DNA of 64,000 bases from Planctomycetota bacterium. GTDB taxonomy: Bacteria > Planctomycetota > JAJSAM01 > JAJVHW01. The position numbers were made by a program, and so were the translations under genes. Location: positions 407,979 to 471,978 of the forward strand of contig CBDFJG010000001.1 in assembly GCA_965248445.1 (NCBI GenBank), read 5' to 3'. Within the stretch, counting starts at the first letter, position 1. Every line of letters begins with the position of its first letter. Positions 57,265-64,000 of this stretch are shown here, piece by piece. A model generated the notes under the pieces. The model saw nothing but the letters and a program-made list of their open reading frames with translations. It searched no databases and had not been told where the DNA came from.

Positions 57265-58814
57265 ACCGTCCAGAACGGTTTGGCCGCAGCCGCTTCCGCG
57301 ACGCGCTTCTCGAGTCGGTCCGCGTCGGCATCCGCGGCGTGGGCGCACCAGCCCTCGACGATGCCGGCCGCACGATCCAGCTCGCGCGCTGCGGCGGGAT
57401 CGGACGGGCGTCCGATGCGCTCCATGAGAGTGCCCGCCACGTACACGTCGTTCAGGCGGCCCAGTCCATCCTGCAGACGCGATAGGCGCCGCGCGAATCG
57501 GGCGGCCGGACGGCGCTTGTACAGCGAGCCGAAGAACTCGACGCCGTAGCGCAGTTTCTTGACGTCGATCCGGAGCGCGTGTCGTTCCTCCGGCGGCGCC
57601 GTCGGGAAGCGCTTGGCCTTTTTGCGCAACTTGGCGAACAGGCGGCCGAGCAGTTGAGCGCCGAGCTCACGGGCGGGCACGAACAACCGCGCGGAGTCGG
57701 CCGAGAGCTCCTGACGCCGCCAACCGCGGGTCGCGATCCACTCGCCGAAGACCAGCACGGTGTCCGTGAACATCGGATCCGAGACCGCCTGTCGAGCGTT
57801 GGCCCGCGCCCGTGTCCGCGCTTCGCCGAGAGCTGCCACCAGGTGCGACAGCGACTCCTCGGACGGCAGTGCACGCACGATGGGCGCGACGAGTTCGTCG
57901 ACGACGACATCGAGGTCGCGGATGGGGCCGAGTCGCGCACCCAGTGCCTTGAGCAGCGCGTTCATGCGGCCGTGCTCTGTGGCCGGAAGCACGCCCTTGA
58001 ACGTCGAGAGCACAGATCGGGCGCGGCGGCAGCCGACGCGCATCTGATGAACACCCTCGACGTCGTCGTTCTGCATCAGCGGGCGCTCGTTGGCCACGAT
58101 CTGCTCGAGGGCGGAACCGAAGATCGCGACCAGCGCGTCGTCCACGGTGGAGTCGCGATCGAGTTCGACGGCCCGCGCGCGCACCGGCTCCGGGAGCACG
58201 CCGTCCGTCAGCCGATATCCGCGCGCCGCCTTCGAGTCGACGGAGACGCGCAGCGGGACGGACGCGCGGATCTCACGGGCGATCTCGTAGATCGCCTCCG
58301 GAGCACCTCGCACGAGTTCGAGTTCAACCTCGCAGATCGGCTCGCGGCGATCGCCTGAGACGACCTCGCCGACATCGATGTCGAGGCTGATCGCTCCGTC
58401 CGCGACGCCGGTGCTCAGCTCGCGGGACGACCGGCGGATGTCCGTCCGGAACAGAGGCACGAGCGGTCGTTCCCCCACGGCGGCCTGCACTCTGGCTCGC
58501 AGGACGATGTCAGGGATCGCATTTATGTCCGGCTGGAGCCCCGGCACGCGGATCTCGCTCTCGACGCGCACCAGGATGCCACCCGCTGAGGCGGCGTCCG
58601 TCTTGGCGCACTGGATGTGCGTCCTGCCGCGGCGCCGCACGCGCAGGGCGATCCCCCGCCGCCGCAGATCCTGGCCGGGCGTGTCGTAGTAGACGCTGAG
58701 CAGGTGCAGGTGCCGTGGGCGCCCTGACGCCCGGGCACGCAACTCCGGGATGCGCCGCAGCCTGTTGACCTGCGTCGCGTCGGCCAGGAGTTTCAGTTCG
58801 ATCTCATTCGCCAT
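57261..58814 (-). CDS. CYTH domain + CHAD domain protein
   Basis: N-terminal EIELK (ExExK) CYTH motif. C-terminal helical CHAD region. Confidence 0.65.
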   Translation of the reverse strand: MANEIELKLLADATQVNRLRRIPELRARASGRPRHLHLLSVYYDTPGQDLRRRGIALRVRRRGRTHIQCAKTDAASAGGILVRVESEIRVPGLQPDINAIPDIVLRARVQAAVGERPLVPLFRTDIRRSSRELSTGVADGAISLDIDVGEVVSGDRREPICEVELELVRGAPEAIYEIAREIRASVPLRVSVDSKAARGYRLTDGVLPEPVRARAVELDRDSTVDDALVAIFGSALEQIVANERPLMQNDDVEGVHQMRVGCRRARSVLSTFKGVLPATEHGRMNALLKALGARLGPIRDLDVVVDELVAPIVRALPSEESLSHLVAALGEARTRARANARQAVSDPMFTDTVLVFGEWIATRGWRRQELSADSARLFVPARELGAQLLGRLFAKLRKKAKRFPTAPPEERHALRIDVKKLRYGVEFFGSLYKRRPAARFARRLSRLQDGLGRLNDVYVAGTLMERIGRPSDPAAARELDRAAGIVEGWCAHAADADADRLEKRVAEAAAAKPFWTV

Positions 58815-58932
58815 TCCTGCTCCCGATCTCCGGCGCCCCGACCCCGAGCGCCCTGCTGGATGTTCGCACACCGGGCTCCGAGACCCGATTCTGGTCGGCA
58901 CGCGCAGGCGTAGCGTTAGCGTTGCGCTTGCA

Positions 58933-59517
58933 GTGAGTGAGTCAGCACAACCGTTCGTGACCGTGGTCACCGGCGTGCCCAGATCGGGCACGTCGATGAT
59001 GATGCGGATGCTCGAACAGGGCGGGCTGCCGCCGCTCACCGACACGCTCCGGACGGCGGACCGGGACAACCCGAACGGATACTACGAGTTCGAACCCGTC
59101 AAGCGCCTCCCGGACGACACGTCCTGGCTGCCGGACGCGGAAGGGCATGCCGTCAAGATGGTCTACGCGCTGTTGCGCCATCTACCGCTCGACCGCCCGT
59201 ACCGGGTCGTTCTGATGACGCGCAACCTGGACGAAGTCGTCCGCTCGCAGAACCGGATGCTCGAACGCCTAGGTCGCCCACCGCGGAAGATCGCCGACGA
59301 GAAGGCGGTGGCAATGTTCCGCTCGCACCTGGTGGACACCGAACGGTGGCTTGACGCCGCGCCGAGCGTCACGTGGCGCAAGCTCGACTACAACGACCTG
59401 CTGCGCGACCCGGGCGCGGTGCTCGCTACACTGAACGAGATGTTCGGTGGATCTCTTGACGTCCCGACCATGAGCGCAGTCGTCGATCCGGCTCTCTATC
59501 GCAACCGCATCGAGTAA
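58933..59517 (+). CDS. sulfotransferase family protein
   Basis: GTG start inferred. PAPS-binding-like TGVPRSGTS motif. Confidence 0.5.
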   Translation: MSESAQPFVTVVTGVPRSGTSMMMRMLEQGGLPPLTDTLRTADRDNPNGYYEFEPVKRLPDDTSWLPDAEGHAVKMVYALLRHLPLDRPYRVVLMTRNLDEVVRSQNRMLERLGRPPRKIADEKAVAMFRSHLVDTERWLDAAPSVTWRKLDYNDLLRDPGAVLATLNEMFGGSLDVPTMSAVVDPALYRNRIE

Positions 59518-59549
59518 CCGCACGGCGTTGCCGCGCTGCGTAGCCGCGC

Positions 59550-59888
59550 CTACTCGAACGAGGCGATCGCGTCGTCGACCGTGGGGTGCACGGCGAACAC
59601 CTCGAGGAGGCCGAGTGTCGAGAAGCACTTCTGAATGAGCGGGGGTGGCGCGGCGATCGCGAACCCGCCGCCGCTCTTCTGCGCAGCCTTGTGCGCCTCG
59701 AGCAAGAGGACGATGGAGCCCGAGTCGAGGAAGGACGTCTTGGCGAGGTCCAGCACGATGCGGCTACCCGCCTCGTCGATGACGCGCGTGAACGCGCCGG
59801 GAGTCGCTTCCATCGCGCCTCGATCGAAGTCGCCCTCGACTCGCACGACAGTCACGTCTCCGCGCTCGTCACTCAAGATGCGCAGCAT
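59550..59888 (-). CDS. STAS-domain anti-sigma-factor antagonist (SpoIIAA-like)
   Basis: 112 aa with a typical STAS fold sequence (FLDSGSIVLLLEAHK). Confidence 0.7.
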   Translation of the reverse strand: MLRILSDERGDVTVVRVEGDFDRGAMEATPGAFTRVIDEAGSRIVLDLAKTSFLDSGSIVLLLEAHKAAQKSGGGFAIAAPPPLIQKCFSTLGLLEVFAVHPTVDDAIASFE

Positions 59889-59924
59889 CGCGTCTCCGCT
59901 CCGGTTCCGTTCCCCTACCCGCCC

Positions 59925-60942
59925 TTATGACGAGGCGAGCCCCTGCAGCAGTTCCCCGGCCTTGAAGATCAGTTTCAGCGACTTCTCGACCTGCTTGTTC
60001 ACGGCCTTGGGCGGCTTTCCGCCGTCCAGCTTCGAGCGCGCCTTCTCCCGCGCGCGCTTCCCGCCTCCGAGCATACCGAGCGCGCGCGCCTCCGGGGGCT
60101 TCCGCTTCGTCGGAATCGCCGTCTCGACCTGAGCAGCCGCGTTCTCGATGTGCTCGATCGCCGCGGCAATCTCCACCCGGGCCTGGGCTCGATCCGGCGC
60201 GTCCTTCTCCAGCCGGTAGAGGGCGGAGAGCCCGTCATCCCCGGCCAGGAACGTCTCGTGCAGGGCGTGCTCGAACCCACCGACGCAGACGGCCGCCGTC
60301 TGCACGACGCGCAGGTCGTCGAACACCACCTTGCCGGGCTTCGTGACCTGGAACACCCCGAGCGTCGGGTAGACGGGGAACGTCTGTCCCGCGGCCGCCA
60401 CCTCGCCGACGAGGGTCCAGGGGGCCGACTCCGAGGCCCGGGCCTGGAACGTCACGATCGAACCACTGTGGTCGATGGCGACGTACAGCAGGTTCGCCCC
60501 CGCGAAGAACTCGTCGCCGACGGCGGACCCCGACAGGTGCGTGGCACCGAACGTCTGGAGTCCCCCGGCAGTGCGCAGCACGACCGACGAGTAGAACTCG
60601 GTGGGCGGTCGGGCACCGGGGAGGGCCATCTCGATCGAGAAGCGACCGTTGTCCTCGAGCTTCGCGGCCGCCTTGTCGTCGTTCGCGCCGAGACACGCCT
60701 CCACGCGGAACGGCGGATAGAGCGGCCGTTCGTAGACGAGCGAGCCGGCCGCCTGCGGCCCCTCGGGATCGAGGGGGCCCTTGAGCTTGCTCGCCGCCTC
60801 GACAAAGCGGTCGCCCTTCTTGCTCTTGATCTTCCACTTGATGTCGTTGCCGCGCTGCGAGACCTTCCCCCCGACGAGTGCGCATCCCGGAAGCACCCAC
60901 AGTGCGATTGCGAGCGCGGCGATCGTGGCCGTGATCCTCAAC
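59925..60942 (-). CDS. lipoprotein, hypothetical
   Basis: TTG start inferred, with a GGAGG RBS 7 nt upstream. Lipobox LPGC. Confidence 0.45.
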
Positions 60943-62221
60943 TCTCCACCTCCGATCCCCAGGATACGCCACGGCCTCCGCGGTGCGTCACGCTCAACGC
61001 AAACCACGCGACCAGCGTGGCCGCTGTCATCACCCCGCCCACGACCAGGAGCACCGGGTGGAAGCCGTGGGCATCGACGCCCGCCCCGATGAAGGGGGCC
61101 ATTCCGAAGAAGCACAGGCGGAAGATCAGGCTGCTGAGGGACAGGTAGCCAGCCCGGTCCTCGGATGGGACGCGCATCTGCTCCTCGTGCAGGAGCGCAG
61201 GCGAGCGAACGCCGCGCAGGAACGTCAGGGCGAAGTACCAGACGAACCCGAACAGCCCAAACGAGAGGGCCATGCCGCCGTACCCCACGCCCACCAGCAC
61301 CACGCACCCGAGCAGCGCGGGCAGGAGTCCGATGCGCGTGATGATGCGGTCGCTCCCGAGCGCGGCGAACGCGACTGTGAAGTTGGCGACCGCCCAGATC
61401 GGTCCGATCCACGCGTCGGGCACGCCGGCTTCACGCGCGTAGAGCGGGAGCATCCAGACCGGGACGAACGTCGCGAGACCGAACGCGGTGCTCGCGAAGA
61501 CGATCGCCGCCAGCTTGCGATCGCCGCCGAACACGCGCCCGAGCATTCGCACCATCTGCAGCATGTGTCCGCCCGAGGGCGGCTTCGGCCGCCGTGGCTC
61601 GACCAGCCGCAGCACGACGAAGAACGCCGCGATCCAGGCGACGACCTGCATCACGAACGGGAGCCGTGGCCACGCCGCATACAGCAGGCCCGCTGAGAGC
61701 GCGGCGACGGCCTCCGAACTCTGTCCGAAGAACCGCCTCCGTCCGTCCCACTTGCGGAACGAGCGTTCCTGTCCCGCCTCCCGCAGTGATTCGAACAGGA
61801 GCGCGACGTCGCAACCGGAGATCAGCGCGAGGCCCGCACCGAGGATGATCTCCGCCAGCAGTGCGATGGCGAAGTCGTTCGCCACGACGTAGACGGACCA
61901 GCCCACCACCTGGAGACACACGGCGAGTAGCAGCGTGCGGCGGTACCCCAGCCGGTCCGCCACATAGCCGGACGGGAACTCGAGCGCCGCAACCGAGACC
62001 CCGAACAGACCCTGCAAGAGGAAGATCTCGCGCATCGACATGCCGAGTGCGTCTTGCCAGAAGAGCGTGACGATGGCGACCGGGAAGAGCGCCATCATCA
62101 GCGCCTGGAACGCCATCAGGAGACGCGGGTTGCGGCTTGAGTCGTTCACGCCGCCGAGGGTCGGCCGTGGGCACGGGCCGGGCGAGTTCTGCTCGCGCGC
62201 GCCGGCGAGACAGAATGCCAT
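60938..62221 (-). CDS. MFS transporter
   Basis: 12-TM pattern. The true start is possibly the ATG at 62116. Confidence 0.6.
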   Translation of the reverse strand: MAFCLAGAREQNSPGPCPRPTLGGVNDSSRNPRLLMAFQALMMALFPVAIVTLFWQDALGMSMREIFLLQGLFGVSVAALEFPSGYVADRLGYRRTLLLAVCLQVVGWSVYVVANDFAIALLAEIILGAGLALISGCDVALLFESLREAGQERSFRKWDGRRRFFGQSSEAVAALSAGLLYAAWPRLPFVMQVVAWIAAFFVVLRLVEPRRPKPPSGGHMLQMVRMLGRVFGGDRKLAAIVFASTAFGLATFVPVWMLPLYAREAGVPDAWIGPIWAVANFTVAFAALGSDRIITRIGLLPALLGCVVLVGVGYGGMALSFGLFGFVWYFALTFLRGVRSPALLHEEQMRVPSEDRAGYLSLSSLIFRLCFFGMAPFIGAGVDAHGFHPVLLVVGGVMTAATLVAWFALSVTHRGGRGVSWGSEVES

Positions 62222-62224
62222 CGC

Positions 62225-62989
62225 GTGCGCGACCTGCTCTCCCGGCCGATACGACTCTCACTCGTCCTCGCGATCCTGGTCGCGGCGACCGGCGCAGTCT
62301 GGTCGTTCGGGCCGATCCCTCAAGACCAGGCGTACCACGCGTTCGCCGACACGCGCACCTGTCTCGGCTGCAGCAACTGCGGCGACGTGTTCTCGAACTT
62401 GCCGTTCTTGCTCGTCGGGTTCTTCGGCCTGCGCGCACTCTTGGCAGGACGCGTGGTCGTGCGGGCCCCGTGGGAGCGGCGCGCCTGGGGCGTCTTGTTC
62501 GCCGGCATTGCCCTCACAGCGTTCGGATCGGCGTACTACCACCTGGCACCGGACGACGCGCGACTGGCGTGGGACCGGTATCCGATGACGCTCGTGTTCA
62601 CGTCACTGACAGCGCTGCTGGTGGGCGAGCGCGTCAGCCCGTGGCTGGGCAAGCACCTGCTCTGGCCGCTCATCATCGCCGGAGTCGGAAGCGTGGCGCT
62701 GTGGCGCTACGGCAACGGCGATCTGCGGCTCTACGCGACCCTGCACTACGTCCCGCTCGCGGGCGTGCCGCTGCTGCTCTGGCTCTTCCCCCGCCGGTAC
62801 ACCCGCGCCCTCGACCTGCTCGTCTGCGGCGTGCTGTACGGCATCGCCAAGGCGACCGAGGCGCTCGACCACGAGGTCTTCGAGGCGCTCGGCATCGTCA
62901 GCGGCCACACGCTGAAGCACCTGTTCGCAGCCGCGTGCACCGCGATGCTCGTCGTGCATGCGGTCCGCCGCGAGCGGATCAGCGACTGA
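62225..62989 (+). CDS. ceramidase-like polytopic membrane protein (putative)
   Basis: 7-TM protein. Resembles the alkaline ceramidase family. Confidence 0.4.
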   Translation: MRDLLSRPIRLSLVLAILVAATGAVWSFGPIPQDQAYHAFADTRTCLGCSNCGDVFSNLPFLLVGFFGLRALLAGRVVVRAPWERRAWGVLFAGIALTAFGSAYYHLAPDDARLAWDRYPMTLVFTSLTALLVGERVSPWLGKHLLWPLIIAGVGSVALWRYGNGDLRLYATLHYVPLAGVPLLLWLFPRRYTRALDLLVCGVLYGIAKATEALDHEVFEALGIVSGHTLKHLFAAACTAMLVVHAVRRERISD

Positions 62990-63047
62990 CCGCGCGTGCG
63001 GTAGGCTGTCCCACTGTCCATCGCGACTGGAACCCGGAGAACCTCAG

Positions 63048-63473
63048 ATGAGCAGCAAGAAGGTCCTGATCGGCGCGGCGGTGCTGATCGTCGGCGTCGT
63101 CGGCTACGTGTCGGTGTTCATGGGTCACTCCGCCGCGTCCCTGACGCCCGTGGAGGCCGGCAGTACGGCCAAAGCCGGGTTGATCTCGTCCGGCGAAGCG
63201 GTGGATCTCGCAGCCCACGCGCGGGCACAGGGGCTGACCGTCTTCGAATTCATGTCGCCCATGTGAATGGGCTGCAAGGTGCTCGCGCCTCGGGTCGAGG
63301 CGCTCGTGAACGGCCGGGACGACGCGACGCTGCGGGTCATCAACATCGGGGGCGGCAGTTCCGCCGTGGTCAACCAGTACCAGGTGCCGTCGGTCCCCTA
63401 CCTCGTGCTCTACGAGGACGGCGTCGAGGTCGCGAGGGGCCGCGAAGAAGTGCTCGCCCGCCTGGGCGACTGA
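63048..63473 (+). CDS. membrane-anchored thioredoxin-fold protein with in-frame TGA at active site (candidate selenoprotein, U-M-G-C motif)
   Basis: ATG at 63048 with a GGAGA RBS. Single N-terminal TM helix. The track ORFs 62958..63266 and 63267..63473 are in one frame, separated only by the TGA at 63264-66. Their concatenation aligns with thioredoxin (TVFEFMSPM-U-MGCKVLAP ... VPYLVLYEDGVEV). Confidence 0.6.
63285..63303 (+). promoter_or_regulatory. candidate bacterial SECIS hairpin (7-bp GC stem, GGGUC loop) 19 nt 3' of the UGA
   Basis: gcgcctc-gggtc-gaggcgc has perfect complementarity. Its position and G-containing loop are compatible with bSECIS. Confidence 0.45.
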
Positions 63474-63938
63474 TCAGTCCGCGGGCAGCACCCTGCGCAG
63501 CGGGTCGAGGGCCCGCGCCCGTGCGAGCAGCGCCTCCCGAACGTCTGCATCATCGGTGCGTCGCGCCGCGGCGTGGACCAGCGCGGCACGCAGGTGCGCC
63601 GGCAGCCGCACCTCGCGGGCCGGGAGCTGCGGCAGATCGTCGAGCAGTTCTCGCTTGAGGCTCGTCCTGGCAAACCCGGAGAGTCCGTTGAAGAGGATGT
63701 CCACGAGCGCGGTGTCGCCGCTCCGCACGAACTCGGCAGCGAGCTGGACCTTCGTCAGGTCACCCAACTGAACGAGCGGCTCCGGACCCGCCGACACCAG
63801 CGCTCGCGCCGCCGCGACCGCAGAATCCAAGTCCTGCGCCGTCAAGACGGTGATCTCGATGAGAGCGCGCGGCTCGTCCTCCAGCTCCGCCGCAAGCTCC
63901 CTGGCCACGGCCGCGTCTCCGCCCTCCGCCGCGAGCAT
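63474..63938 (-). CDS. hypothetical protein (may extend beyond window end)
   Basis: 154-aa ORF with no recognisable domain. Confidence 0.3.
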   Translation of the reverse strand: MLAAEGGDAAVARELAAELEDEPRALIEITVLTAQDLDSAVAAARALVSAGPEPLVQLGDLTKVQLAAEFVRSGDTALVDILFNGLSGFARTSLKRELLDDLPQLPAREVRLPAHLRAALVHAAARRTDDADVREALLARARALDPLRRVLPAD

Positions 63939-64000
63939 CGCCCGCCCCCACGTCGAGAACGCTGCATCGCTGCCTTCCGGCGGCAGGAACGCGCTGACGG

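Noticed and set aside
1-64000. CRISPR arrays, IS elements, integrases
   Set aside because: No regularly spaced repeats and no transposase or integrase-like ORFs. The only notable direct repeat is the 22-mer at 47251/47910, reported as a finding.

Overview
This is a 64 kb, roughly 70% GC bacterial chromosomal segment. It is densely coding on both strands, and most of the ORF-track entries are antisense or out-of-frame shadows typical of high-GC DNA. I found no rRNA, tRNA, CRISPR array, transposase or integrase.

Gene content, in order along the window:
- 1-5.9 kb: a MglA/MglB-type polarity GTPase module. It has a TPR/PEGA/beta-propeller membrane protein, a TPR-roadblock fusion, MglB, a MglA GTPase with a long disordered tail ending in a transmembrane anchor, and a third roadblock protein.
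- 5.9-9.1 kb: a very large secreted multi-domain protein.
- 10.0-13.4 kb: two tandem paralogous secreted HEAT-repeat/VWA proteins, with a convergent transglutaminase-like gene ending at 14.7 kb.
- 14.7-22.2 kb, minus strand: a 10-gene Mbh-type Mrp cation/proton antiporter cluster in E-F-G-B'-B-C-D-D-small-D order, with three antiporter-like large subunits and no hydrogenase.
- 22.4-35.4 kb: queC-queE translationally coupled to a CheY-like receiver, plus housekeeping genes (thyA-folA, ispH, an SDR, topA, a Trm112-like gene, pyrE).
- 35.4-43.5 kb, minus strand: a lipid-related block. It holds an alpha/beta-hydrolase-DedA-ATP-grasp triple fusion, an NRDE protein, a DinB-like protein, olsB-olsA ornithine-lipid genes, and a membrane Rieske protein.
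- 43.7-47.2 kb: two Rieske-fusion enzymes, one to a glutamate-synthase FMN domain and one to a TPP enzyme. The TPP fusion appears frameshifted.
- 47.2-48.0 kb: a DUF1622 cassette flanked by a 22-nt perfect direct repeat that duplicates the 3' end of the neighbouring CAP/P-domain gene.
- 50-63 kb: lpxA, a beta-helix protein, a UDP-xylose-synthase-like gene, a Zn-ribbon-VWA plus Ser/Thr-kinase-like pair, CYTH-CHAD, a sulfotransferase, a STAS protein, an MFS transporter and a ceramidase-like protein.
- 63.0-63.5 kb: a membrane-anchored thioredoxin-fold gene with an in-frame TGA exactly at the first active-site cysteine (UMGC in place of CGPC) and a GC-rich hairpin 19 nt downstream. This is a candidate selenocysteine thioredoxin and the strongest single observation.
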